DNA from: a virus
Direction: 5' to 3' (one strand)
Virus record (IMG/VR): IMGVR_UViG_3300036851_000321
Span: 1-64,000 of that record
Length of the DNA stretch: 64,000 bases
Shown: positions 34,437-44,413 of the stretch, piece by piece
Layout: every line of letters starts with the position of its first letter
Position numbering within the stretch: the first letter of the stretch is position 1
Notes under the pieces: generated by a model
Database searches by the model: none
The model's input: only the letters and a program-made list of their open reading frames with translations
What the model was told of the DNA's origin: nothing
Program-made: the position numbers and the translations under genes

Positions 34437-36367
34437 TCATCACCCTCTGGAATCGCCTCTTCGACCCAAGCGGAACAGAGCGCGAGCTCACGTGGAACGA
34501 ACTCGAGCTCATGCTCTCGACGCGGGCAGAATTTCTCGGCGGCGACCACCATCCGGGGTGGAGCCCGACGCGCTTTGAACCATGCCAGCGCGCGAAGGAG
34601 AACGCTCGCGCGGTCTGCGCCGCATGCTTCGACTTCGACAAGGGCGAATCGATCGCCACGGTGCTCGACCGCGTCCGTCCGATTGCGCGCGGCCTCTTGC
34701 ACACGAGCCGAAAGCATCGCGAGCAGGGGCATGGTGACCGATTCCGCGTGGTCTTCCCGCTCTCCCGCTCGGCTTCGTGGTTTGAGTTCGAGGAACTTTG
34801 GAAGCGCCTCGCGCCAGCCGTTGGGAACGTGGATCCGGCACCGAAGGACGCGAGTCGCTTCTGGTACCTCCCGGGCACGGTGAGCGGAGCCGAGTGGCAC
34901 GCGGAGAGCTGGGACGGTCCGGACATCGACGTCGACGCATGGCTCCGAAAGCCGGATCCGACGGTGCGCGCGCTGCCCGTCGTAGTCTCGCGCTCTGAGC
35001 GAACCAACACCGAGGAGCGAGCTCGCAGGTACATCGCGAAGATGGACCCAGCGGTTTCGGGCCAGAAGGGTCACCAGTCAACGTGGGACGTTGCGCTCGT
35101 GCTCATCCGTGGGTTCTCGCTCAGCGAGGATCGCGCGTACGCGTTGCTCTGTGAGTACAACACGAGATGCGTTCCGCCGTGGAGCGAGCGTGAGCTGAAG
35201 CACAAGATCAAGGGCGCTCTCGCGTCCGAAAAGGTGCCGCGTGGATTCCTGCTCGATCGCCCAGACGAGTGGAAAACCTACAAGAGCAGCATGCCCGCGA
35301 TGCCGCCCGACGACGGGCACGTGCTCGAGCCGCCGAAGGACTGGGAAGACCGTTACGCGGGCCCAGAAGAGAGTAACGAGGGTGCCCACGAGTCCGAGTC
35401 TGAGCGCGAACCGGGTGCCGACGAAGGCGAGACCCAGGGCTACGTAAGCGCCGAGCAGCGGTTCGGCGTGGTGGACATCCGGACGCTTTGCTTCGAGGTG
35501 CTCTCGGCCGTGAAGAGCGGCGTTGCTGCGCGCGGCCATACGACGGGACACGCTGACATCGACGCGCTCCTCTGCGGCCTTCGCCCCGGCATGGTCTCGC
35601 TCGTCGCCGCGAGTACGAGCTGGGGCAAGTCGAGCTGGGGAATCATGGTGGCCGACGAGAACCTACGCCGCGGCGTGCCGGTGCTCGTGGTGAGCGTGGA
35701 GGACGCGCAGCTCACGTACGGGAAGCGCATCGTGGCTCGCCGCTCCGGCGTGAACGCGATCCGTATCCGCGACAACACATGCGACGAGGGAGACATCAAG
35801 AAGATCGAAAGGGTCGCCATGCGGGCACCCAGTGATCCGTTTTACCTGAACGCAATCGGAAAGACCGTGGAGTGGTGCGCGGAGGCCATCGGAGCGATCT
35901 GCAAAGAGCGATCGATCGGTGTCATCGTGTGTGACTACGCCCAGCGCTTCCGGACGAAGAAGAACTTCGGAAGCGATCGGCGCTCCCAGGTGACCTACGT
36001 GGCGGAAGTGTTGAGCGACGCCGGTCGCGTCGGTGGTGCGCACACACTGATCCTTTCGCAGCTCAAGCGCATCGAGGGACGCGAGCCGATGATGGACGAC
36101 GTGAAGGAATCGGGGGACCTCGAGAACATGGCGGATCATGTGCTCCTGGGTCACAAGTTGCCGACCGGCGCGCGTTACTCCGAAGGGGAGGAGAAGCCAA
36201 TGAAACGCGTGATGAAGGTCCACAAGAACAAGGACGGCCCAACGTTCACGGACGCTTGGATCGACATGCCGTTCGACCTGGTGACCGCGAGTTTCGTGAC
36301 CGTAACGGGTGAAGAACAAATCAACCGCGCGCACGACGACGGAGAGCGCGCACTAGGGAGTTACTGA
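34433..36367 (+). CDS. Primase (Prim-Pol-like + PriCT) fused to DnaB-like helicase
   Basis: FDFD, HTSRKH, RFRVVFPLSR, YNTRCVPPWSERELKHK; STSWGKS, DYAQ, LSQL, ESGDLENMAD. Confidence 0.85.
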   Translation: MIITLWNRLFDPSGTERELTWNELELMLSTRAEFLGGDHHPGWSPTRFEPCQRAKENARAVCAACFDFDKGESIATVLDRVRPIARGLLHTSRKHREQGHGDRFRVVFPLSRSASWFEFEELWKRLAPAVGNVDPAPKDASRFWYLPGTVSGAEWHAESWDGPDIDVDAWLRKPDPTVRALPVVVSRSERTNTEERARRYIAKMDPAVSGQKGHQSTWDVALVLIRGFSLSEDRAYALLCEYNTRCVPPWSERELKHKIKGALASEKVPRGFLLDRPDEWKTYKSSMPAMPPDDGHVLEPPKDWEDRYAGPEESNEGAHESESEREPGADEGETQGYVSAEQRFGVVDIRTLCFEVLSAVKSGVAARGHTTGHADIDALLCGLRPGMVSLVAASTSWGKSSWGIMVADENLRRGVPVLVVSVEDAQLTYGKRIVARRSGVNAIRIRDNTCDEGDIKKIERVAMRAPSDPFYLNAIGKTVEWCAEAIGAICKERSIGVIVCDYAQRFRTKKNFGSDRRSQVTYVAEVLSDAGRVGGAHTLILSQLKRIEGREPMMDDVKESGDLENMADHVLLGHKLPTGARYSEGEEKPMKRVMKVHKNKDGPTFTDAWIDMPFDLVTASFVTVTGEEQINRAHDDGERALGSY

Positions 36368-36849
36368 TGGCCGATGGACTCAACAGATGTATGCTTCTTG
36401 GGAATCTAGGCGCTGACCCGGAACTCAGGATGACGAGCGGCGGACAGGCCGTTCTCAAGTTGCGGCTTGCCACGAGCGAGACGTACCTCGATCGCAACAA
36501 GGTCCGCCAGGAGCGCACGGAGTGGCACAGCGTCGTCATCTGGGGGAAGCGCGGCGAAGCCCTGGCGAAGATCCTCGCCAAGGGCTCGCGCATTTTCGTC
36601 GAAGGTGGGCTCAGGACATCGAGCTACGACGACAAGGAGGGTCACAAGCGCTACAAGACCGAGGTCGTGGCGAACAACATCATCCTTTCGGGTGGTGCGC
36701 GCGGTGGTGACAAGGGGCCTAGCGAATCGCCGACGACAGCAGGCGGCGGATACAGCGACGAGGACTACGGGGTGAAGCCACCGGGGAGCGACGATGAAAT
36801 CCCGTTTGCCTTCGTGACATACGGTAGCCGCGAGGCGTGGTGGCCATGA
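36367..36849 (+). CDS. ssb: Single-stranded DNA-binding protein
   Basis: LNRCMLLGNLGADPE, TEWH, VEG.LRT, DDEIPF. Confidence 0.95.
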   Translation: MADGLNRCMLLGNLGADPELRMTSGGQAVLKLRLATSETYLDRNKVRQERTEWHSVVIWGKRGEALAKILAKGSRIFVEGGLRTSSYDDKEGHKRYKTEVVANNIILSGGARGGDKGPSESPTTAGGGYSDEDYGVKPPGSDDEIPFAFVTYGSREAWWP

Positions 36850-37373
36850 CGAGACGAAAAAACATCGAGGAAGCTAGACCGGGTCGTCATGACGATCTTG
36901 TGGCAGAGCTTCTGAAAAACTCGAACGCGGTTGTGCAAGCTGCCGGTTGGGCGAGTGCACCAGGTAAGCCTTTGATTGTAGTGGAGAGGCCGTGCGGGAA
37001 GGGACACATCGACATCTGCATGTCATGGAAATGTCGTCTCTGTGCGGAGCACGACAAGGCAATCGGTTTCCGAGGAATAATAGTCGAAGTAAAAAGCGAG
37101 CTGGAGCAGTGGTCGGCGGGCGACGTTATCCGCCAACTGAAGGGGTACAAGAAAAACTTCGACCAGAGGTCGACCGGTTGGTTCTACGACGACGAGGGAA
37201 CCAGGATAGGTGACACGTCAGAATGCTTCCGCTGCAAACTGCGCGAATCAACGCTGGCTTTGTTTTCCGGGCGCGCCCTGACTGAATCGGAGAGGCTGCT
37301 TCTGCGCCACGAGCGCGTATTCATAGTCGAGCCGAAGTGGCGTGCCGTGGAGGGGATAGCGCATGCGAACTGA
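36846..37373 (+). CDS. Putative PD-(D/E)XK nuclease
   Basis: E...HIDI...IVEVKS...RQLKGY. Confidence 0.55.
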   Translation: MTRRKNIEEARPGRHDDLVAELLKNSNAVVQAAGWASAPGKPLIVVERPCGKGHIDICMSWKCRLCAEHDKAIGFRGIIVEVKSELEQWSAGDVIRQLKGYKKNFDQRSTGWFYDDEGTRIGDTSECFRCKLRESTLALFSGRALTESERLLLRHERVFIVEPKWRAVEGIAHAN

Positions 37374-37708
37374 CATTCCGCCCGACCTCGCCCGCAAGGC
37401 CGCGTCCGTCGATCCAGCGCTCCTCCGCTGGCTCGAGACGGCCTATCCGACCGACGAGGAGCAGGCCGAGCGCGAGCGACGTCGACGCGGACAGCGCAAC
37501 CAGCTCCCGATCCGCTTCCCGAAGAGCGCAGCATGACCCCCGCCGACCCCAACCCCACCCGTACCCGCCGCCCCCTCCACGGCGCCTTCAACCCGAGGCC
37601 ACGCTCCGGGACGCTTTCGGGGGAGAGGGTGGCGATGCCGGGGAGGACGGTGCCGGAGTTGGCTGAGTCGATCAGAAGGCCAGCGTTGCCGCCGCATAGG
37701 AGGCGGAA

Positions 37709-38089
37709 GTGATGAGTCACTCGGATTTGATCCGCAGAATGATGGACGGTGTCGAGCGGCATACCGCCAAGATGTTCGAGCGCTCATGGTGGTGCGCCGA
37801 TCGCCTGGAGCGACGGGCGCGGCTACAGACGATCGTGGAGCTGTCCGTCGAGCTGACGAAGATTCGTTCGGTGAACATGTTCTCGACGCTGCTCGGTGAG
37901 GCCGCGATCGGTGACGTGATCGAGGGCGACTGGGACGGTTTGAAGATGTGGATCGACCACTTCACGTTCGCCGACGAGGGCCCGGAGATCCGTGAGGTGT
38001 ACGCGCCGATCTGGTCGCACTTTCGAGACCTGCTCGCCGCGGCGCACGGGTCGGCAATGGCGAGGACGAAAGGACAACTGAAGTCATGA
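37709..38089 (+). CDS. Hypothetical protein
   Basis: GGAGG RBS; protein-like composition. Confidence 0.6.
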   Translation: MMSHSDLIRRMMDGVERHTAKMFERSWWCADRLERRARLQTIVELSVELTKIRSVNMFSTLLGEAAIGDVIEGDWDGLKMWIDHFTFADEGPEIREVYAPIWSHFRDLLAAAHGSAMARTKGQLKS

Positions 38090-38356
38090 CCCACCCTCCC
38101 CCTCCCTCCCGCCTCTGCAACCGGCCGTGTCCGCGAAGGGGGATGCGGTGAGCGAGCAGCAAGACGTGTTGTGGGCTATCTACATCGTGAGCGATCGCGG
38201 CACCCGCGTCGTCAATCGACGATTCACCGTGCGCAGCGAGGCGGACATTCTCTACGCGAGCGAGCGCGCCCGGCTTTACGAGAGGGCTAGGTGGCACGTG
38301 GAGATGGATCGCGAAGTGTGGCGTGGGAGCGAGATGATCTCGACGGAGAACGTGCT

Positions 38357-38917
38357 TTGACCACCAACGGCCCCCCCACCCAGTCCCCGCCCCCAGAGGC
38401 TCCCCGCGAACCCACCATGCGCATCTTCGTCGAAGTGAGCACGCCCGAGGGCATGCGCGAAGTTTGGGATCCGGACGACGAGATGATGGGGGCGCTCGGG
38501 TGGGAACGAAAGCCTGTGGTGCCGCCGGGCGATGCCGTTGTGCACGGGGACGACAAGACCGGCGCCTACACGAACGGCTACACGCTCAGCGACGATGAGC
38601 TGAGCCGCGCGGCCGAGGCGAGAGGCGACGACGAATTCGGCAAGCTCGTAGAAGACACGTGCTCACCCGAGGAAGCAGAGAGGCGGATCGCGTGGGCGAA
38701 GCGTGAGCTTCAGAGAATGAGCGACGATCCGCCCACCGGCGAAACCGAGCACGGGGACAAGGTGTACAGCGTGAAGCCGGCGGGGAAGCTCCCGAGTGAT
38801 CGCCTGGACGAGATGCGAGCTGAACGCTTCCCGCGCCATGACCCGGACGCCTTCGAGGTGCTCGCACTCATTGGGTCGTACCTCGACGAACAGGCGCGGG
38901 AGAGGAGCGGAGGGTGA
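38357..38917 (+). CDS. Acidic hypothetical protein
   Basis: TTGA/GTGA coupling. Confidence 0.5.
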   Translation: MTTNGPPTQSPPPEAPREPTMRIFVEVSTPEGMREVWDPDDEMMGALGWERKPVVPPGDAVVHGDDKTGAYTNGYTLSDDELSRAAEARGDDEFGKLVEDTCSPEEAERRIAWAKRELQRMSDDPPTGETEHGDKVYSVKPAGKLPSDRLDEMRAERFPRHDPDAFEVLALIGSYLDEQARERSGG

Positions 38918-39104
38918 TGAAAGCCACCATCGGCGACATCACCCTCACCAGCGCGAACGGCTACGAGTTCGACGCCTTCGTGATCGGCTGGTGCTTCTGG
39001 CGCTGGTTCCGTTGGTGGATGAGCGAAGAGCGCGGGTGGGTGACGGTGACAGCGGCTGACGGCGGCGAGAGGAAGATTCTAGTTGTGAGAACGAAAGGCA
39101 AGTC

Positions 39105-39545
39105 ATGAGCGAGCAGGCGATCCAAACGGTGAACCTCGAAGACGCGGCGAAGCAGCTTCGGGAAAAGATCCGACTCGCGTTCGTTGATCTCATTCCACCC
39201 GAGCAGTGGGACGCGATGGTGAAAACGGAGCTCGAGGCCTTCACCAAACCGCGTCCGCCGGAGCGCGATCAGTGGGGACACGTTCGCGTAAATGAGCGCC
39301 CGAGCGTGTTCCACGAGGTGGCCGAGCAGGTGTATCGAGAGCACCTGAAAGAGCTGGTCAAAGCGGAGCTACAGAAGCCGGAGTGGTGCGGGCAGTGGGA
39401 CAGCTCCGAGGGGCGCTACGTCTTCGGGGAAAAGGTGAACGCGTGGCTCACGGAGAACTCGGCGGCGATTATGCACACGATGCTGCGGGAGATGTTTGGA
39501 GCGGTGGCGCAGGGGATGGTTGAGCGGCTACGAAACGGAATGTGA
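39105..39545 (+). CDS. Hypothetical protein
   Basis: KIRLAFVDLIPPEQWDAMVK; ATGA coupling. Confidence 0.6.
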   Translation: MSEQAIQTVNLEDAAKQLREKIRLAFVDLIPPEQWDAMVKTELEAFTKPRPPERDQWGHVRVNERPSVFHEVAEQVYREHLKELVKAELQKPEWCGQWDSSEGRYVFGEKVNAWLTENSAAIMHTMLREMFGAVAQGMVERLRNGM

Positions 39546-39776
39546 GAACGAAAGGCACCCCATGACCAAGAAGCAGACCAAGAAGAAACCGAAGGCGCGG
39601 AAGAGGACGGGGCGTACCAGCCGAAGCGTCGCCAGCACAGCGGGTAAGCTGCTCGCCGAGCTGAAGAGCGGGAAGCGGATCTACCTAGCGGACGGTAAGA
39701 AGCCGTGGCGCGACATTACAGACCGGGCTGAGCGGGTGTTTGCGAGCGCCTTGGTGCAGCGGGAGAGTCGGGCGAA

Positions 39777-40130
39777 GTGAGACTTCCAGACCACATCCGC
39801 GACGCCCAGAACGAAGTATTTGGGCAACAGATTGAGCTCTGCGGGTTGCTAGCGGCGGCGTTCTGGCAAAAGTACGGAAGCGTGCGGATGACCGTTCGAG
39901 AGTCCGGAGATGGCGAATCGTGCATCCACGAGCCAGTGCCGGCGGAGCCGGTTGTTTGCGCCGAGCCACTCGTGTGGAAGGCGCGCGCCGAGCAGTACCG
40001 GCGCGTCTGCGACATCCCGCCGGAGGAGTGCGTCGTCGTCACTCGGTACCTTGCGGGCGGCCGTGGGACTGTTGGTTTCGAGCGCAAGAGGATGCCCGTG
40101 TTGCTTGGGCCGATACCGGAGGCGAAGTAG
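39777..40130 (+). CDS. Hypothetical protein
   Basis: Coupled overlaps. Confidence 0.5.
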   Translation: MRLPDHIRDAQNEVFGQQIELCGLLAAAFWQKYGSVRMTVRESGDGESCIHEPVPAEPVVCAEPLVWKARAEQYRRVCDIPPEECVVVTRYLAGGRGTVGFERKRMPVLLGPIPEAK

Positions 40131-40588
40131 TGCCGCGGGAGAAGTGGCCGACACACGAGTGGGACGCGTACGAGGCCGCGGAGCCGAAGCTCCGTCTGCT
40201 AAAGCCGCAGATCCGGGTGACCGAAGCCGTCGGCCAACGCTTGCTTGCCATGCGTCGCATCGAGTTTGAGCACAACCACATGCTTCTCCTGATGTTTGAC
40301 TCCGGGTTCGTGGCCATCGAGTCGACCCAGGAAGACGAGGCGTTCCACGAGGTCTGGACTGGGCTATCCGACTTGGACATGGACGCACGGGACTCGCTCA
40401 ATTGCCTAGCTGAGCTGGTTGGCCTCGGCGTCATCGATGAGACCGAAGCAGAAGACTGGCCGCCCAAGTGGCACGCTTGGAACAAGGACGGCCAGGCATA
40501 CTTCGATCACCGAGACGACAAGCGGTGGCTCGTCGGCTTTCGGGAGCGGAATGCCGCGCGGCGGGAGGCCCAAGAAAAAGCCCGCTGA
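40130..40588 (+). CDS. Hypothetical protein
   Basis: TAGTG coupling; followed by a hairpin. Confidence 0.55.
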   Translation: MPREKWPTHEWDAYEAAEPKLRLLKPQIRVTEAVGQRLLAMRRIEFEHNHMLLLMFDSGFVAIESTQEDEAFHEVWTGLSDLDMDARDSLNCLAELVGLGVIDETEAEDWPPKWHAWNKDGQAYFDHRDDKRWLVGFRERNAARREAQEKAR

Positions 40589-40644
40589 CCTTTCGGCGCG
40601 GGCTCCTTCCGGTTCCTGGCGGGACTTGGAAGGAAGTTAGCACG

Positions 40645-41379
40645 ATGGCCGATGGTGAAGCTACCGGGCTGGACCCGGTGACCGATTCAAAGACCAAACG
40701 ACCCCGAAAAGCACCCGAGGAACACTACGACTCGGACGCCGAATGGCTCGTGCTGATGGGCGACACGGCGATGGGGGAACGCGGGACGCTCGCGAGCACC
40801 GTTGCCCAACTCGAGCACGGCGGGCCGTTCACGGGCATCCCCAACACGGACCCGTACTCGGATCAGCAGGTCGGCTGGGGGAAGACCCAGATCGGGCTCG
40901 TGGAGAAGCATCGGCACCTGACGGTCGCGCGGCAGCTCGTCACCCCTGAGTGTTGGGCGGACCTCGTGCTTCGCTACACCGCACCGCCCGCGGTGCTCCG
41001 CTCGGACGAGGGCTTTGGTGCCCGCGACGCCTGCCCGACCGCCGAGGACATCGAGCACAACCGAGCGATCGAGACGCAGAAGCCCACGGCCTTTCACACC
41101 AGGCGTGGCACAGAGGCCCAGCTGGGGGCTTTCGCGGCCCTCGCGCTCCGGCATTGCGACGACCCGGAAAAGCTCATGGTGGCCTGCCTGGACCCGCAGA
41201 AGGGCCGACACTCGCGGGTCATCAACGCCGCCCTCGAGAAGGCCAAGAAGATCAGTGCGGCGCGTCACACGGAGTGGCGAGCGGCGAAGGATCTAGCGTC
41301 ACGCCCGCGGCGAATCGGCGAGCGCCGAGCGCTCCTGCCGGCGCACGTTCCGCATTTGCCGGAGTCCGAGGTCGAATGA
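40645..41379 (+). CDS. Hypothetical protein, possible late regulator by position
   Basis: 244 aa, strong GC3 codon usage, precedes packaging genes. Confidence 0.55.
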   Translation: MADGEATGLDPVTDSKTKRPRKAPEEHYDSDAEWLVLMGDTAMGERGTLASTVAQLEHGGPFTGIPNTDPYSDQQVGWGKTQIGLVEKHRHLTVARQLVTPECWADLVLRYTAPPAVLRSDEGFGARDACPTAEDIEHNRAIETQKPTAFHTRRGTEAQLGAFAALALRHCDDPEKLMVACLDPQKGRHSRVINAALEKAKKISAARHTEWRAAKDLASRPRRIGERRALLPAHVPHLPESEVE

Positions 41380-41801
41380 CCGAGCCCCGCGCGGACCGGT
41401 GGATCCGCCTGTACGACCTCGGCGTGATCCTCCGAAAAACCCACACGGACCTACAGGGCTTGTCGCGGCGAGTGCTCCGGCAGCGCGTCTACCGAATCGT
41501 GCGCACGGCCGAGAGTTTCCATGAGCGCCGGTTCACAAAGCTCTGGCGAGGGAGGCTCTACGTGAGCGTCAACGCGCTCGACGAGATCAAGCCGCCCGAC
41601 GATCAGCGGCTCGGCCAGATCGAGATCAACCAGGTGGACGCTCGTACAAAAATCGCCCGTCTCGAGCGGCAAAGTAATTCGCACGGTGCAAGAATCCGCA
41701 ATCTCGAAAAGTGGCGCGAGCTTACGCAGCAATATATGGCCGACGTTGCGGCCCTCGAGTGCGCCGAGAATGACTCAAAACTGCACACCAGGTCCGGGTA
41801 G
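41376..41801 (+). CDS. Hypothetical protein with C-terminal coiled coil
   Basis: ATGA coupling. Confidence 0.55.
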   Translation: MTEPRADRWIRLYDLGVILRKTHTDLQGLSRRVLRQRVYRIVRTAESFHERRFTKLWRGRLYVSVNALDEIKPPDDQRLGQIEINQVDARTKIARLERQSNSHGARIRNLEKWRELTQQYMADVAALECAENDSKLHTRSG

Positions 41802-42379
41802 GGTGTAGGGGCTCGCGCGGTACCAGGAGAAATCCTGAGGGCCGCCCAGACGCCCCGGCCATCCCAACGGTTCCGGCCCGCACCGGCATGACCTACCAGC
41901 TCGACACCCGCCGCGACTCCCTGAAAGCGAAGCGCGAGCGGACACGAGCCCACGGGTGGAACGTCTCCTCCCTCCGCTCCGAGTCAGCATCGCCGATCGC
42001 CTACGGGTGAAGGCGGAAGCGGAGGATGAGGCGGGGGACAGGGCGGATGAAGTGCTGAGCCAGGCGGGGATGTCAACGTGACCGTCGAGCCGGCCACGGA
42101 GTTCTTCACGCTGCTCAGGTACGGCGAGGACGACCGCTGGTACGTGCTCGGGGTGGCCACCGACGACGCGCTCCTGGTGCTCGCGGTGATGCTCGGCTTC
42201 GGCATGGCGTTCGAAAGCCTGAAACAACAGATTTGGCCGGCAGGGCTCACGCCCGAGTGGAGTCGTTCGCGGCTCCCGCCGGTTGCTAAGCGGTTCCGGG
42301 AAAGGCCGGCTGCCAGTTCGAGACTGGTGAATCGCACCTGGACCTACATGCGGGGACCGAACGCCCATAGAGACCGAAC

Positions 42380-42874
42380 ATGACCACGGCCGACGAAGAC
42401 CGGATAGCGGCCAGACGAGCTGAGGCGATTCGGCTCCGGGTGCGCGGCAAGACGATTCGCGAGATCGCGGACGCGCTCCAAATCGGGGTGGCGACGGCGC
42501 ACGACGACGTTCGAACGGCCATGCGAGAGACGGCCAAGCAGGCCGAGGACGACGTGCAGGCCGAGCTTGGCCTCGAGCTTCGCCGGCTGGAACGGGCGCT
42601 CGACATCGTCGAGAAGGTCCTGACTGGCGGCAACTCCGCGGACCCCGAAGACGGTGACGAGCTGACGCTCAAGGCCCTCGATCGCCTCGTCAAAATCCAA
42701 GATCAGCGCGCGAAGCTGCTCGGTCTCTACGCTCCCGAGAAGCGTGACATCAACGCGAAGGTCTCGGCGGTCGGACTCGATGAGCTCGACGAGATGAGGC
42801 GCGGGGCGGAAGCGAACGCAGCATGCCCGCCGACGGAGCCGGAACCGACAGACGACAGCGAGCCGAGTTCCTAG
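42380..42874 (+). CDS. terS: Terminase small subunit
   Basis: RRAEAIRLRVRGKTIREIADALQIG HTH; RAKLLGL; overlaps terL. Confidence 0.75.
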   Translation: MTTADEDRIAARRAEAIRLRVRGKTIREIADALQIGVATAHDDVRTAMRETAKQAEDDVQAELGLELRRLERALDIVEKVLTGGNSADPEDGDELTLKALDRLVKIQDQRAKLLGLYAPEKRDINAKVSAVGLDELDEMRRGAEANAACPPTEPEPTDDSEPSS

Positions 42875-44349
42875 CCTGGGCGCTCGCCGACTTTCGACGG
42901 TTCTGCGGCTTACTTCAAATACAGCCCAAGGGCGGCGGCGGGCGGATTCGATTCGCGCTTTCGCCGATTCAGCGGCAGTACGACGCGCAACGCACGGCGC
43001 GGGACATCATCCTCAAGCCGCGCCAGGTCTACATCACGACGCTCGAGGCGGCGCGTGACCTCTGGTTCTTTGTTACTCGTCCCGGCGCCCGCGTTGTCGT
43101 GGTCTGCCAGTCGCAGACGGACGGCGCGCCCTTCAAGGACATCGCGGACAAGTTCCGCTTGTTCTTTGATTCGCTGGCCCGCGCCGGGCTTCGGCTCGAC
43201 TTCGGGCGTGAGGCCGTCGGCGAGTGGTCGCTCCCGGCGCGCGACTCGACGATGCGCATCATCCAGGCCGGCGCATCCGAGGCAGCGGCGGCGAAGAAGG
43301 GGCGCGGCGGCACGGTCAACCGACTCCACGTCACAGAGGCCGCGTTCTTCGAGCGCGCCGAAACAACCTTCAACTCCCTGTTGGAGTCGGTACCCGGACC
43401 CGAGCACGGCTCCGAGATCGTGAACGAGTCAACGCCCAACGGCGTTGGCGGGTTCTATTACGACCAGTGGCAAGCGGCGATCCGCCACGAGAGCGGCTAC
43501 CGCGCGCACTTCTTCCGCTGGTGGGACCACCCGGAGTACACGCTTGAGCTCGACGTTGGCGAGGCCATCACGCCAGCGTCCGAGCAGGAAGAAAAGCTCG
43601 TCGCGCTTGGGGTCAACCCGGCGCAGCTGAAGTGGTACCGGCGCAAGGTCGCCGAGAAGGGGAAGGCCCTTACCACTCAGGAGTATCCGAGCGATCCGGA
43701 AACCTGCTTCCTCGTTTCCGGGCGCGCGTTCTTCGACGCCGAGGTGACCGCGGCGCTCGGCACGAAGCGAGCTGCGCCGATCGAACTTCGTGAACGCGCT
43801 CGCGTTCGGTTGTTTCGTCGGTACGAGCCCGGCAAATCCTACATCCTCTCCCTCGACACTTCCGAGGGCGGCGGCGGTGACCCGAGCGGCGGCATCCTTC
43901 GGGAGCGTTCAACCGGCGAGCACTGCGCGACGATCGTCGGCCAGTACCAGCCGTGGGAGCTCGCGAAGTCCGCGGCCACAATCGGCCGCGAGTTCGGCGA
44001 CGCACTGATTGCCGTTGAGCGAAACAATCACGGCCACGCCGTGCTCCAGGCGCTCGAGCGTGAAGAGAAGTACAAGAAGATTTACGTCCACGCGGACGAA
44101 AAGCCCGGCTGGCCCACCAATGCGGTGACGCGGCCGACCATGCTTGACGCGCTCGAGGACGCGCATCGGCGCGGTCTTTGGAAGACGCGCGATGAGCTGG
44201 TGCTTGAGCAGTTCCGCACCTTCGTGATCACCGACTCCGGCAAGGCCGAAGCGCAGCACGGTGCACAAGACGACCTCGTGATGGCCGAAGCGATCGGCTG
44301 GGCGGTCCGGCAGATCCCAGTGTTCAGCTACCGCCGCGTGCAATCGTGA
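42823..44349 (+). CDS. terL: Terminase large subunit
   Basis: ILKPRQ, LHVTEAAF, ESTPNG, QEYP, LDTSEG, VERNNHG, DDLVMA. Confidence 0.93.
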   Translation: MPADGAGTDRRQRAEFLAWALADFRRFCGLLQIQPKGGGGRIRFALSPIQRQYDAQRTARDIILKPRQVYITTLEAARDLWFFVTRPGARVVVVCQSQTDGAPFKDIADKFRLFFDSLARAGLRLDFGREAVGEWSLPARDSTMRIIQAGASEAAAAKKGRGGTVNRLHVTEAAFFERAETTFNSLLESVPGPEHGSEIVNESTPNGVGGFYYDQWQAAIRHESGYRAHFFRWWDHPEYTLELDVGEAITPASEQEEKLVALGVNPAQLKWYRRKVAEKGKALTTQEYPSDPETCFLVSGRAFFDAEVTAALGTKRAAPIELRERARVRLFRRYEPGKSYILSLDTSEGGGGDPSGGILRERSTGEHCATIVGQYQPWELAKSAATIGREFGDALIAVERNNHGHAVLQALEREEKYKKIYVHADEKPGWPTNAVTRPTMLDALEDAHRRGLWKTRDELVLEQFRTFVITDSGKAEAQHGAQDDLVMAEAIGWAVRQIPVFSYRRVQS

Positions 44350-44413
44350 TCATCTTCAAGAGTCGCAGCGCCGGACCGAGCATGAGCGCGCTGATCTGCT
44401 GGGGACCCCCAAC

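Noticed and set aside
40652-40690. tRNA-like 3' end on minus strand (ACCGG-GTCCAGC-CCGGT...CCA)
   Set aside because: Non-canonical T loop, no anticodon arm or matching acceptor strand; lies within a CDS
42061-42077. IS605-like right end (CAGGCGGGGATGTCAA)
   Set aside because: No left hairpin arm or scaffold upstream; explained as the end of a small ORF coupled to the 42078 gene
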